Assembly: GCA_965221125.1 (NCBI GenBank)
Contig: CBDCRW010000007.1
Coordinates: 224,001 to 288,000, forward strand
DNA length: 64,000 bases
Origin: Alphaproteobacteria bacterium
GTDB taxonomy: Bacteria > Pseudomonadota > Alphaproteobacteria > UBA828
Direction of reading: 5' to 3'
Below, in pieces: positions 1 to 10,239 of this stretch. Below the pieces are notes generated by a model, which searched no databases, was not told the origin of the DNA, and worked only from the letters and a program-made list of their open reading frames with translations. Position numbers and translations under genes: made by a program. Numbering within the stretch: the first letter of the stretch is position 1; every line of letters begins with the position of its first letter.

Positions 1-1427
1 TCAACCGCATCGGCAAGAACGCCGTCATGGCGCTGCGCGAGCCGAGCCTCGGCCCCTGCTTCGGTGTGAAGGGCGGCGCGGCCGGCGGCGGCTACGCGCA
101 AGTGGTGCCGATGGAGGACATCAACCTCCACTTCACAGGCGACTTCCACGCCATCGGCGCGGCCAACAATCTGCTGGCGGCGATGGTGGACAACCACATC
201 TACTGGGGCAACAAAGCCGGCATCGACCCGCGCCGCGTGAGCTGGCGCCGCGTCGTCGACATGAACGACCGCGCGCTTCGTTCCGTGGTCTCCTCGCTGG
301 GCGGCGTCGCCAACGGCTTCCCGCGCGAGGACGGCTTCGATATCACCGTCGCCTCCGAGGTGATGGCGATCTTCTGCCTCTCGCGCGATCTCGACGACCT
401 GCGCGCGCGCCTCGGCAACATCGTGGTGGGGCTCACGCGCGAGCGCGAGCCCGTGCGCGCCAGCGCGGTCAACGCCGACGGCGCCATGACCGCCCTGCTC
501 AAGGACGCGCTCGCGCCCAACCTGGTGCAGACGCTGGAGAACAACCCGGCGCTGATCCACGGCGGCCCCTTCGCCAACATCGCGCACGGCTGCAACTCGG
601 TGATCGCGACCAGGGCCGCGCTCAAGCTCGCCGACTACGTGGTGACCGAGGCCGGCTTCGGCGCCGACCTGGGCGCGGAAAAATTCTTCGACATCAAGTG
701 CCGCAAGGCGGGGCTCGCGCCGGACTGCGCGGTCATCGTCGCCACCATCCGCGCGCTCAAGATGCACGGCGGCGTCGCGCGGAAGGACCTCGGCGCCGAG
801 AACCTCGAGGCGCTGGCCGCGGGCATGGATAACCTCGCCCGCCACGTCGGCAACGTGCAGGGCTACGGCGTGCCGACGGTGGTCGCGATCAACCGCTTCT
901 CCGCCGATACCGAGGCCGAGCGCGCGCTGGTGGCGGAGCGCTGCGCCGAGATGGGTGTCCGGGCGGTGGAGTGCGACCACTGGGCCATGGGCGGCGCCGG
1001 CTGCGAGGCGCTGGCGCACGAGGTGGTGAGCACGATCGAGACGAAGCCCTCCTCCTTCCAGCCCCTCTACCCGGACGATCTCACGCTGTGGGAGAAGATC
1101 GAGACCGTCGCCCGGCGAATCTACGGCGCCGACGGCATCACCGCGGACGACAAGGTGCGCCGGCAGCTCGACGACCTGCAAGCCGGCGGCTTCGGGCACT
1201 TCCCCGTCTGCATGGCAAAGACGCAGTACAGCTTCTCGGCCGATGCCGCGCTCAAGAATGCGCCGAGCGGCTTCGACGTGCCGGTCCGCGAGGTGCGGCT
1301 CTCCGGAGGCGCCGAGTTCGTGGTGGTGATCTGCGGCGCGATCATGACCATGCCGGGCCTGCCGCGCGTGCCTGCCGCCGACAACATCGCCGTCGACGAG
1401 AACGGCCACATCACCGGGCTGTTCTAG
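1..1427 (+). CDS. fhs: Formate--tetrahydrofolate ligase (5' end outside window)
   Basis: [53 protein letters not shown] and MTMPGLP motifs; frame is open back to the window start. Confidence 0.97.
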   Translation, partial: NRIGKNAVMALREPSLGPCFGVKGGAAGGGYAQVVPMEDINLHFTGDFHAIGAANNLLAAMVDNHIYWGNKAGIDPRRVSWRRVVDMNDRALRSVVSSLGGVANGFPREDGFDITVASEVMAIFCLSRDLDDLRARLGNIVVGLTREREPVRASAVNADGAMTALLKDALAPNLVQTLENNPALIHGGPFANIAHGCNSVIATRAALKLADYVVTEAGFGADLGAEKFFDIKCRKAGLAPDCAVIVATIRALKMHGGVARKDLGAENLEALAAGMDNLARHVGNVQGYGVPTVVAINRFSADTEAERALVAERCAEMGVRAVECDHWAMGGAGCEALAHEVVSTIETKPSSFQPLYPDDLTLWEKIETVARRIYGADGITADDKVRRQLDDLQAGGFGHFPVCMAKTQYSFSADAALKNAPSGFDVPVREVRLSGGAEFVVVICGAIMTMPGLPRVPAADNIAVDENGHITGLF

Positions 1428-1503
1428 TTGGCGATCCATTGACGGAGGCGATAGCCTGACGAAGGAAGGTCATTCCGGCTGATTCTCGGACTGTCGGGAG
1501 GGA

Positions 1504-3840
1504 ATGATGCCGATCTATCCGCGACTCCACCGCTGCCTGTGGCGGCGGCACCGCCGCATTCCGCTTGCCGCAATTCCTCTTGGTCTCACGACCCTGATCC
1601 TCGCGTCTTGCGGTGGTTCGGGCGGCGAGCCATGCGTCGAGACCCATGACCAGGGTTGCGTTAGCGAAGCCGAATACGTGGCGCTGGCGGACGAGGTCGC
1701 GGGCGAGTACGCCGAGCGGACGAGCTTCCAGAACCAGTGGGGCCTTGAGGCGATCGGCGCGGATCAGGCCTACGCTAATCTGGAGCTGCGTTTCGGCCCC
1801 GGTGTCGCGGCCGGCGAGGGTGTTACCGTCGGCGTCCTGGATACGGGCATCGACACCAGGGACCCCGCGTTCGGTGACAGGATCGTCGCCGAGCAGTTCC
1901 TGTCGGGCGCGGCCGATGAGGACGGAAGCAGGTTCTCGCACGGCACGGCGGTGGCAAGCATTCTGGCGGGGGCGGAAGTTCCGGGTTACGAGCCTCAACC
2001 GCTCGGCGTGGCCTGGGGCGCTGACCTCGTAATGTTTGCGATTCCGCTAGGCGTAGCGCCTGACCTGTACGACCCGATCGAGGTGAGCGAGCTTCCAGGA
2101 ACGGGAGAGAGGTTTGCCGAAAGGTTCGAAGAGATACTCGCCTGGGAATTCGAGTCCGAGAGCATCGACTTCCTGAACCTGAGCCTCGGTGTCTCGGGAC
2201 TCATCGAGAACTACGGCGAAGAGGTGGCGCGCGAGCCCTTCGAGGCGATGGCTGCCGTGATCGCCCAGGAGGGCGTCGAGGACAAGGTCGTCTTCGTCTG
2301 GGCCGCGGGGAACGAGCACGGCACGGCGTGCGACATCCCGATACCCCAGTGCATCGATGGCGCGGTGGAGGCAAGCTCGCCTGCCCTGTTTGCTGGCTTG
2401 GCCGTGCGCTTCCCGGAGCTGCGCCAGAACACGGTCGCCGTCGTGGCCATACGTCCGGACGGCGAGATCGTCGACTTCTCCAACCGCTGCGGCATCGCCG
2501 CGGACTTCTGCCTGGCGGCGCCGGGCGACGATGTCGAGTTTTCCTATTTCGGCCCGCACCGGACGCTCGGTCCGGGCTTCCGGGGGGTCGGTACCGGAGG
2601 CGGCACGTCGTTCGCAGCACCGATGGTGACCGGCGGCCTCGCGCTCATGAAGCAGTATTTCAGGGGCCAGCTCTCCAACGTGGACCTGCTTGCGAGGCTC
2701 CTGGAGACGGCCAACCGGAGCGGTCTCTACGCCGACGCCGCGATCTACGGTCGCGGCCTCATGGACCTGGCCGCCGCGACCTCGCCCGTGGGCGCGCCGG
2801 TCGTCGCGATGGGCGATCGCGTGAATGGCTTCGGCGCATCAATCCAGGGCACGAGCCTGCAGGTCGGCCGCGCCTTCGGCGATTCGTTCGTCCATTCCCT
2901 CGCAAATCGCGAGATCGCCGCGTTCGACACCCTTGGGGCGCCGTTCTGGTACGACGCCGGGAGCCTCGTGACCGCGGCAACAGGGCCCTCGCTGCTGCAC
3001 CGGCTTCGTGACTTCGGACGCGCGTCGGCCCGCGCGCCGGATGCCTCTCCGACGGACCCGATCCGACTCCCGATCCTCGAGACGCCTGGCGCTCGGCAGG
3101 GTGCGGTCCCGGCCTTGTACCTTGCCGATTCCGGCGCGCCCGCCGCGAGGGCCGGTCACCTGGCGCTCGCCGGTCGCAGCCTGGTGGCGACCATGCCGGT
3201 TGGCGCCAACCTGAGCGCGATAGCGCTCACCACGGAAGGCCTGGCCGGGCAGGAGCCCGCGTCCGGTGCGACGCTGGCGTGGCGTGAGCCCGACGCCGCG
3301 CTCGGCGTGCGTGTCGGCTGGCTCGGCGAGCGAGAGACCCTGCTCGGAAGCTCGTCCGAGGGCGCTTTCGGCGACCTCGTGGCGAACGCGCTGTTCGCGG
3401 GCCTCGAGGCCGACGCGGATATCGGCCAGTGGCGCATCGGCGGCGCGGCGGAGATCGGCACCGTGAACGCGCGCACGCGCGACGGTCTCTTCGAAGGCGT
3501 GTCGCCGCTCGCCACCAGCGCGTTCGCGCTCCATGCCACCCGGCAGGGCGCGGAGGGCGACGTCGTTCGCGTGTCGCTGGCACAGCCGCTTCGCGTGGAG
3601 GACGGCGAGGCGCGCCTTGCCGTGCCGTCGGGGCGGACGACGGCGGGCGAGGTCATCCGCAGCGCCGTCGCTCTGAATGCCGAGCCGGGCGGCCGCCAGG
3701 TGGACCTCGCGGTGCAGTGGCGACGGCCGCTGGATGTCGGGCAGCTCAGCCTCGGCGCGACCCTCTCCCGCGAGCCCGGCCACGACAGGAGCGCGGACCC
3801 CGAGCTGATCCTGCTGTCAGGCTGGCGCCTCGCCTTCTGA
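1504..3840 (+). CDS. S8 (subtilisin-like) serine peptidase, probable lipoprotein with beta-strand-rich C-terminal domain
   Basis: Catalytic triad motifs VGVLDTG, SHGTAVA, GTSFAAP; oxyanion AAGN; lipobox-like LILASC; ends in WRLAF, like an outer-membrane barrel. Confidence 0.88.
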   Translation: MMPIYPRLHRCLWRRHRRIPLAAIPLGLTTLILASCGGSGGEPCVETHDQGCVSEAEYVALADEVAGEYAERTSFQNQWGLEAIGADQAYANLELRFGPGVAAGEGVTVGVLDTGIDTRDPAFGDRIVAEQFLSGAADEDGSRFSHGTAVASILAGAEVPGYEPQPLGVAWGADLVMFAIPLGVAPDLYDPIEVSELPGTGERFAERFEEILAWEFESESIDFLNLSLGVSGLIENYGEEVAREPFEAMAAVIAQEGVEDKVVFVWAAGNEHGTACDIPIPQCIDGAVEASSPALFAGLAVRFPELRQNTVAVVAIRPDGEIVDFSNRCGIAADFCLAAPGDDVEFSYFGPHRTLGPGFRGVGTGGGTSFAAPMVTGGLALMKQYFRGQLSNVDLLARLLETANRSGLYADAAIYGRGLMDLAAATSPVGAPVVAMGDRVNGFGASIQGTSLQVGRAFGDSFVHSLANREIAAFDTLGAPFWYDAGSLVTAATGPSLLHRLRDFGRASARAPDASPTDPIRLPILETPGARQGAVPALYLADSGAPAARAGHLALAGRSLVATMPVGANLSAIALTTEGLAGQEPASGATLAWREPDAALGVRVGWLGERETLLGSSSEGAFGDLVANALFAGLEADADIGQWRIGGAAEIGTVNARTRDGLFEGVSPLATSAFALHATRQGAEGDVVRVSLAQPLRVEDGEARLAVPSGRTTAGEVIRSAVALNAEPGGRQVDLAVQWRRPLDVGQLSLGATLSREPGHDRSADPELILLSGWRLAF

Positions 3841-3860
3841 CGCGGCAGCCCGCCCGACGC

Positions 3861-5075
3861 CTACCCCATCGCGGCGCGCAGCCGGCGGTCGATCGCGTCC
3901 AGAAAATCCTTGGAGTTGAGCCAGCCCTGGTCGGGACCGATCAGGATGGCGAGGTCCTTGGTCATCTCGCCGGCTTCCACGCACTCGATGCAGCAGCGCT
4001 CCAGCGTGTCGGCGAAGTCGGCGAGCGCCTGGTTGCCGTCGCGCCGGCCTCTGTGCTTGAGCCCGCGCGTCCAGGCGAAGATCGAGGCGATCGGGTTGGT
4101 CGAGGTCTCCTCGCCCCGCTGGTAGGCGCGGTAGTGCCGCGTCACCGTGCCGTGCGCGGCCTCGGCTTCGACCGTCTTGCCGTCGGGCGACATCAGCACC
4201 GAGGTCATGAGGCCGAGCGAGCCGAAGCCCTGCGCCACGGTGTCGGACTGCACGTCGCCGTCGTAGTTCTTGCAGGCCCAGATGAAGGCGCCCTCCCACT
4301 TGAGCGCGGCGGCCACCATGTCGTCGATCAGCCGGTGCTCGTAGCTCAGGCCGGCGTCGTCGAAGCGGTCCCTGAACTCGGCCTCGTAGATCTCCTCGAA
4401 CAGGTCCTTGAAGCGCCCGTCGTAGAACTTGAGGATCGTGTTCTTGGTCGACATGTAGACCGGCCAGCCGCGCTCCAGTCCGTAGTTCATGCAGGAGCGG
4501 GCGAAGTCGCGGATCGAATCGTCCAGGTTGTACATGGCGAGCGCGACGCCGCCGCCGGGGAAGTCGAACACCTCCCGCTCGATGGTCTCGCCGCCGTTCG
4601 CGGGCTCGAAGCGCACCGTGAGCTTGCCCTTGCCGGGCACGACGAAGTCGGTGGCGCGGTACTGGTCGCCGAAGGCGTGGCGGCCGATCACGATGGGGTG
4701 CTCCCAGCCCGGCACCAGGCGCGGCACGTTGCGGCAGATGATGGGCTCGCGGAACACCGTGCCGCCCAGGATGTTGCGGATCGTGCCGTTGGGCGAGCGC
4801 CACATCTTCTTGAGGCCGAACTCCTCGACGCGGGCTTCGTCCGGCGTGATGGTTGCGCACTTCACGCCGACGCCGATTTCCCTGATCGCCTCGGCGCTGT
4901 CGACCGTGACCCGATCGTCGGTGGCGTCGCGATGCTCGACGCCGAGGTCGTAGTAGACGAGGTCGATATCCAGGTAGGGCAGGATCAGCTGGTCCTTGAT
5001 CCACGCCCAGATGATTCGCGTCATCTCGTCGCCGTCGATCTCGACGACGGGGTTGGCGACCTTGATTTTCGCCAT
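3861..5075 (-). CDS. icd: NADP-dependent isocitrate dehydrogenase
   Basis: [67 protein letters not shown]; ATG at 5075. Confidence 0.97.
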   Translation of the reverse strand: MAKIKVANPVVEIDGDEMTRIIWAWIKDQLILPYLDIDLVYYDLGVEHRDATDDRVTVDSAEAIREIGVGVKCATITPDEARVEEFGLKKMWRSPNGTIRNILGGTVFREPIICRNVPRLVPGWEHPIVIGRHAFGDQYRATDFVVPGKGKLTVRFEPANGGETIEREVFDFPGGGVALAMYNLDDSIRDFARSCMNYGLERGWPVYMSTKNTILKFYDGRFKDLFEEIYEAEFRDRFDDAGLSYEHRLIDDMVAAALKWEGAFIWACKNYDGDVQSDTVAQGFGSLGLMTSVLMSPDGKTVEAEAAHGTVTRHYRAYQRGEETSTNPIASIFAWTRGLKHRGRRDGNQALADFADTLERCCIECVEAGEMTKDLAILIGPDQGWLNSKDFLDAIDRRLRAAMG

Positions 5076-5240
5076 GCGAAGCTCTCCAGGAATGCGTTGT
5101 GGGCAAGGGCCCCGGGAGACGGGTGTCGCGGCCGTCAGGGCCGCGCAAACGATTGTCGCGGCCGGCGGGGCCGCGCGCACCATATCAGCGCCGCCCCGGC
5201 GGTCAAGGTCGGGGCCGGCAGGCCGGAGGGAGGCTGCGTC

Positions 5241-5795
5241 TCAGGCCGCGCCGTTGTCGAGGACGCGGAACAGCTCGTCCGTCGAGCGCACGACGGTGGC
5301 GAGGCCGCTCACGGCCTTCGGCGCGAAGCCTTCGGCGCTCACGTGGTCGAGCAGGTCGAGCAGCGGCCCCCAAAAACCCTCGCTGTCGAGGACGACCACC
5401 GGCTTGTCGTGGAGCCCGAGCTGCTTCCAGGTCAGCACCTCGAAGAACTCGTCGAGGCTGCCGAAGCCGCCCGGCAGGACGACGAAGCCGTCCGCCCGGT
5501 CGATCATGATCCGCTTGCGCCGCAGCATGTCCTCGGTCACGACCTTCTCGGTCAGCGCCGCGTGCGCCACCTCGAGGCTTTCCAGGCTCTCGGGGATCAC
5601 GCCGACGGCCTTGCCGCCGCCCGCCAGCACCGCGTCCGCCACCACGCCCATCAGGCCGATGCCGCCGGCGCCGTAGACGAGCGTGATGCCGCGCCGGGCC
5701 ATGGCCGCGCCGAGGCTGCGGGCGGCCTCCGCATGAGCCGGATTCCGGCCCGTCTGGGCACCGCAAAAGACGCAAAGAGTCGCGACCGCCGCCAT
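5241..5795 (-). CDS. LOG family protein (cytokinin/nucleotide phosphoribohydrolase, TIGR00730-like)
   Basis: LCVFCGA, LVYGAGGIGLMG, RKRIM, LPGGFGSLDE motifs. Confidence 0.92.
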   Translation of the reverse strand: MAAVATLCVFCGAQTGRNPAHAEAARSLGAAMARRGITLVYGAGGIGLMGVVADAVLAGGGKAVGVIPESLESLEVAHAALTEKVVTEDMLRRKRIMIDRADGFVVLPGGFGSLDEFFEVLTWKQLGLHDKPVVVLDSEGFWGPLLDLLDHVSAEGFAPKAVSGLATVVRSTDELFRVLDNGAA

Positions 5796-5956
5796 CGCCG
5801 ATCCGATCCTGAGAGTGTGGCCGAGCGTTTGGGAGAGCCGCTCTTTAGCAGAGACCGCTGCGCACCGCCAGCCGTGCCCTCCGCCGCTCCGCCGGTTGCA
5901 ATGACCCGGGCAGCGACTATGTGCGACTATAACCCCCGGTGCCGGAGCAGGGTCGA

Positions 5957-6928
5957 ATGCCAAATCCCATGTCGCGGCTCAGCGCCCATTTCGCCGGTTG
6001 CGCAGCCGGGTTGCTGCTCGCGGCGGTGGCGAGCGCCTTGTTCGCGGCCGAATCGCTGGCGCTGGAGCCCGATCCGGCGAGCCCCGACCCGGCGGCGCGC
6101 GGCGCCTACGTCCTGCGCGCGGCAGGCTGCGCCACCTGCCACACCGACGTCGTCAACGGCGGCGCGTACCTCGCCGGCGGGCGCATGCTCTCCTCGCCCT
6201 GGGGGGCGATCGCCGCGCCCAACATCACGCCGGATGCGGAGACCGGCATCGGCGGCTGGTCCGACGAGGATTTCGTGCGCGCGCTCCGCGACGGCAAGTC
6301 GCCCGAGGGCCGCACCTACTATCCCGCGTTTCCCTATACCTCGTATGCCGGCATGCGGCGCGAGGACATGCTCGACCTCAAGGCCTATCTCAACACGGTG
6401 GAGCCGGTCGCCGCGCCCAACAAGCCGCACGAACTGCGGTTTCCGTTCAGCGTGCGCCTCTTCCTCCACCCCTGGCGCTGGCTCTTCTTCGATCGCGCGC
6501 CCGGCGCGGCCGACACCGCCCAGGACGAGCGCCTCGCGCGCGGGCGCTACCTCGTCGAGACCCTCGGCCACTGCGCCGAGTGCCACACGCCGCGCAACAT
6601 GCTGGGCGCGCTCAAGCCCGGCCAGCACATGGCGGGCTCCCGCTACGGGCCGGGCGGCGTTTCGGTCCCCAACATCACGCCCGACGCCGAGACCGGCATC
6701 GGCGCGTGGTCCGAGGTCGATCTGGCGTTCTTCCTCCGCACCGGCTTCACGCCCTACGGCGACGACGTGCAGGGCGAGATGCGCGAGACCATCGACGACG
6801 GGCTGCGCCACCTGAAGCAAGCGGATCTCGAGGCGATGGCCGCCTATCTCAAGGCGCTGCCGGCGATTCGCAACCCGGTGAGCACGTCTCCGTCGCCGCC
6901 TGCGTTCTCGTCGGGTGGAGACTGGTGA
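5957..6928 (+). CDS. Exported dihaem c-type cytochrome (dehydrogenase cytochrome c subunit-like)
   Basis: Signal peptide; two CxxCH motifs (CATCH, CAECH); duplicated PNITPDAETGIG motif; YPAFPYTSY. Confidence 0.9.
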   Translation: MPNPMSRLSAHFAGCAAGLLLAAVASALFAAESLALEPDPASPDPAARGAYVLRAAGCATCHTDVVNGGAYLAGGRMLSSPWGAIAAPNITPDAETGIGGWSDEDFVRALRDGKSPEGRTYYPAFPYTSYAGMRREDMLDLKAYLNTVEPVAAPNKPHELRFPFSVRLFLHPWRWLFFDRAPGAADTAQDERLARGRYLVETLGHCAECHTPRNMLGALKPGQHMAGSRYGPGGVSVPNITPDAETGIGAWSEVDLAFFLRTGFTPYGDDVQGEMRETIDDGLRHLKQADLEAMAAYLKALPAIRNPVSTSPSPPAFSSGGDW

Positions 6929-7002
6929 GGCGCCGGGCCGAACTGTCGCGCCTCGGCCGACTCGTGTATCGTGGCGCCACTCATGACTGCTAGGCGTAAC
7001 CA

Positions 7003-9594
7003 GTGAGCGAAACAGGGACGTTCACCAGCCGCGTGGCCGCCGTGCTGCGGCGGCGCGAGACGCTCCGCATCGGGGCGCCGGCCGCCGCGGCCGTCGTGGT
7101 CGTCGGCGTCCTGCTCGGCGTGTTCCTGACCGGCGGGTCCGATCCCGACGGATCGACGGGGCAGTCGGTCGACATTGCCGACCGCACGGCCGAGAGCCCG
7201 GACGCGAGCGTGACGCCCACTGAGGCGGCGCCCGATGCCGCCGATGGCGGCGTCACCACCCCAGACGCGCAGGAGCCCGAGGCGACGCCGGTGCCCGCCG
7301 ATGCCCCCGCGGAGCAGGACATGGCGGCAACCGCGGCGGATGACACCGCGCCATCGGTCGAAGCGCCGGGAGACGCCGACACGCCGGGAGACGCGGAAGC
7401 TGCCGACGCTGTTGCGGCGACCGATGACGATGCCGAGGCCGCTGCCGGACAGGACACGGCGGCTGCGACCGAAGAGGCGACATCGGAGAGCACGACAGAC
7501 GCTGACACCGTGGCGGCGTCCAGTGAGGCGTCCGCCACCGCCACCGGCGAGGGTGCGGCGAACGCGACTGACGCCGAAGCGGCGGACGACGCGGCCCGCG
7601 TCGACTCCATGGCGGAGACTGCCGACGATGCAACGACCGCTGCCGACGAGGATGCAGCGACGGCGGCTGACACCGAGGCAGCGGAAGACGAGGCTGGCGC
7701 CGACGTCATGGCGGGGTCCGACGTTGCCGCGTCCTCCACCGAGGATGACTCGGCAGCCGCGCCCGACGTAGGGACAACCGAGGACGAGGCCGGCACCGGC
7801 ACAATGGCGGAGACAGGCGACGCGGCCACCGCCACCGCCGACGAGGATGCGGCGGCTTCGCCTGATGCCGGGGCGACGGGCGAAGCGGCCGACACCGTGG
7901 CTGGGTCCGGCGAGGCAACCACAGTCACCGTAGTTGAGGATACAGAAGCTTCGAGTGACGTCGAGGCAATGGACGACGCGTCCGGCACCGACTCCGGCGC
8001 CATGACGGCGACCACCGACGATGCAGCGACCGCGACCGACAAGGATGCGGCGGCAGCGGCCGAGACAGGGGCGGCGGAAGACGCGGGCGAAACCGATGTT
8101 GCCGCAACGGCCGACGAAGGCGCCTCTGCCGCTGCCGAGCCGGATGCCGCAGACGACGTAGCGGCCGGCTCAGAGGCGGCGACGCCGGCTGAGCCCGGCA
8201 GCGACGACGCAACTGCATCGGTCGCCGACGACGAGCCCGCTTCCGAACAGGATGCGGCGGCTGCGGCAGCCGAGGGTACGAGCGACGCTGCTACTGCCGC
8301 CCCCCGCGACGAGCAGGCTGCGGTGGTCGAGGGAACCGCCGGGGCGGAGGAGGGGCCTCCCGAGGCGGAGGAACCCCTGGTCGAGACGCGCGTCGTCCCT
8401 GACGACCCGGTGGAAGCGGCGGACGAAGCGACGCCTGCGGTGATCCCGCCGAGCTTCGATACCGTGCGGATCACCCCGGACGGCCGCGCGGTGATCGCCG
8501 GCCGCGCCGCGCCCGAGGCCGAGGTCGCGGTGCGCAGCGAGACGGTCGACCTCGGCTCGGAGACCACCAACCGGGCGGGCGAGTGGACGCTGGTGCCGTA
8601 CATCGCCATTCCTCCCGGCCACCACGAGTTCCTGGCGATCGCGACCATGCCGGACGGCACGCAGGTGGAATCGGATCATGCGCTGATCGTGTCCGTCCCC
8701 GGCCCCGACGCGGAAGACGATTCGGTGCTTGCCGTCCTGGTGCCGCGCGACGGCATCGGCAGCAGCATCGTCGTGCAGAAGCCGGAGCCCAGGGACGAAG
8801 AGATCGACGTGGCCGCCCCGGCCGAGGATGCCGAGGACGAAGCTCCGGCCGACGAACTCGAATTGGCCGCCGTGGAGCCCGATCCGGCAGCCGCCGACGA
8901 GACCGCGCCTGCGACCGAGACCGATCCGGCAGTCACCGACGAAACCGCGCCCGCGGCAGAGACCGATCAGGCAGCCACGGGAGAAGCACCGGCCGCCGGG
9001 CCGGCGGGCGAGGTCGATGTCGCGGCCGCACCGACTCCGGAAGCCCAGGACGAGGGGGCAGCCGAAACGGCCACAGAGCCGGCGGTGGCCGAGGACGAGG
9101 GCCCCATCGTCGTGGACACGGTGGACTATGGCGAAGAAGGCGAAATGACCATCGCCGGCAAGGCCGAGCCCGAGGCGGACCTGAACGTCTACATCGACGA
9201 AGAGCACGTAGGGACCGTCGAGACCGACGATACGGGTGACTGGGAGGTCACGCCGGAGGAGGAGGTCGAGCCCGGCAGCTACACGCTCAGGATCGATCAG
9301 GTCGATCCCGCCGGCGTGGTCCTCGCGCGCATCGAGACCCCGCTGGTCCGGGCCCGGCCCGAGCTGCTCATGCTGGGCGATGCCATCGTCGTGGTGCAGC
9401 CCGGCAACAGCCTCTGGCGCATCGCCCGGCGCACCATGGGCGGCGGCATTCACTTCACCGAGATCTACGAGGCCAACCGCAGCCAGATCAAGGATCCGGC
9501 GCTGATCTATCCCGGCCAGATCTTCACCGTTCCGGGCCTCGAGAGCGAGCGGGCGCAGGCGTCCCCGTCGCCCGCCGCCGGCGAAGGGCAATAG
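7003..9594 (+). CDS. Membrane-anchored LysM peptidoglycan-binding protein with Ig-like domains and long acidic linker
   Basis: N-terminal TM helix; about 430 aa of A/D/E/T low complexity; PSFDTVRI..G.A.IAGRA.P and GSYTLRIDQVD Ig-like motifs; C-terminal LysM VVQPGNSLWRIA...IYEANRSQIKDPALIYPGQIF. Confidence 0.88.
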   Translation: MSETGTFTSRVAAVLRRRETLRIGAPAAAAVVVVGVLLGVFLTGGSDPDGSTGQSVDIADRTAESPDASVTPTEAAPDAADGGVTTPDAQEPEATPVPADAPAEQDMAATAADDTAPSVEAPGDADTPGDAEAADAVAATDDDAEAAAGQDTAAATEEATSESTTDADTVAASSEASATATGEGAANATDAEAADDAARVDSMAETADDATTAADEDAATAADTEAAEDEAGADVMAGSDVAASSTEDDSAAAPDVGTTEDEAGTGTMAETGDAATATADEDAAASPDAGATGEAADTVAGSGEATTVTVVEDTEASSDVEAMDDASGTDSGAMTATTDDAATATDKDAAAAAETGAAEDAGETDVAATADEGASAAAEPDAADDVAAGSEAATPAEPGSDDATASVADDEPASEQDAAAAAAEGTSDAATAAPRDEQAAVVEGTAGAEEGPPEAEEPLVETRVVPDDPVEAADEATPAVIPPSFDTVRITPDGRAVIAGRAAPEAEVAVRSETVDLGSETTNRAGEWTLVPYIAIPPGHHEFLAIATMPDGTQVESDHALIVSVPGPDAEDDSVLAVLVPRDGIGSSIVVQKPEPRDEEIDVAAPAEDAEDEAPADELELAAVEPDPAAADETAPATETDPAVTDETAPAAETDQAATGEAPAAGPAGEVDVAAAPTPEAQDEGAAETATEPAVAEDEGPIVVDTVDYGEEGEMTIAGKAEPEADLNVYIDEEHVGTVETDDTGDWEVTPEEEVEPGSYTLRIDQVDPAGVVLARIETPLVRARPELLMLGDAIVVVQPGNSLWRIARRTMGGGIHFTEIYEANRSQIKDPALIYPGQIFTVPGLESERAQASPSPAAGEGQ
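8881..8997 (+). repeat. 42-bp (14-aa) tandem repeat, about 2.8 copies, inside the LysM protein
   Basis: gatccggcagccgccgacgagaccgcgcctgcgaccgagacc / gatccggcagtcaccgacgaaaccgcgcccgcggcagagacc / gatcaggcagccacg... Confidence 0.8.
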
Positions 9595-9608
9595 CGCGCC
9601 CGACTCTT

Positions 9609-10097
9609 CTAGCTCAGCCGCGCCACCACGTAACCCAGCAGGCTGACGAGGCGCCTCTTCTCGTCGTCGGAGAGCCCGTGGGTGGCGAGCGCGTTGACCT
9701 CGAGTGCGGCGGGCACCAGCTCGCCGCAGAGCTCGCGCCCCCGCTCCGTCAGCACCACGCGGCGCCTGCGGTTGTCGTCCCGGTCCTGCACCCGGCGGAT
9801 CAGGCCGTCGCGCTCCATGCGCTGCAGCGTGCGCGCGGCCGTCGGCTCCTCGATCTGCTGGCGCCGGCTCAGCTCCTTCTGGGTGAGGCTCTCCTCCTCC
9901 CACAGCAGCAGCAGCATCGACCATTGCGCGACCGAGACGCCGTAGCGGCCCAGCCGCTCCTGCAGCGCACGGGTGAAGAGGCGCGATGCGAGCGAGACGA
10001 GGTGGGCGGCGCTCTCCTCGATCACGAACGGCACAGCACCGTCCGCCTCCGCTGCGCCGCGTGCCGCCGGCCGACGGCGTATGACGGCATATGACAC
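9609..10097 (-). CDS. MarR family transcriptional regulator (start uncertain)
   Basis: GVSVAQWSMLLLL..LTQKELS...EEPTAARTLQRMERDGLIRR..D.DDNRRRRVVLTERG winged helix. Confidence 0.9.
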   Translation of the reverse strand: MSYAVIRRRPAARGAAEADGAVPFVIEESAAHLVSLASRLFTRALQERLGRYGVSVAQWSMLLLLWEEESLTQKELSRRQQIEEPTAARTLQRMERDGLIRRVQDRDDNRRRRVVLTERGRELCGELVPAALEVNALATHGLSDDEKRRLVSLLGYVVARLS

Positions 10098-10239
10098 GGC
10101 GCGCGCTCCCCTGACAGCCCGCCGCAATCCTAGCCCGGTATTCCCGCGGAAAACCATTCAAACTCCCCGTCATCGCTGGCATAGTGCGCGCCGCGCAGCA
10201 GCGCGGATCGCCGGGCGCGCCGGCGAGACGAGGGGGGAC

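Noticed and set aside
3429-6815. 1128-aa ORF and other long alternative-frame ORFs (8170-11217, 10320-13058, 24687-27221, 29164-31098)
   Set aside because: Shadow frames of well-supported genes in high-GC DNA; Arg/Gly/Pro-rich with no motifs.
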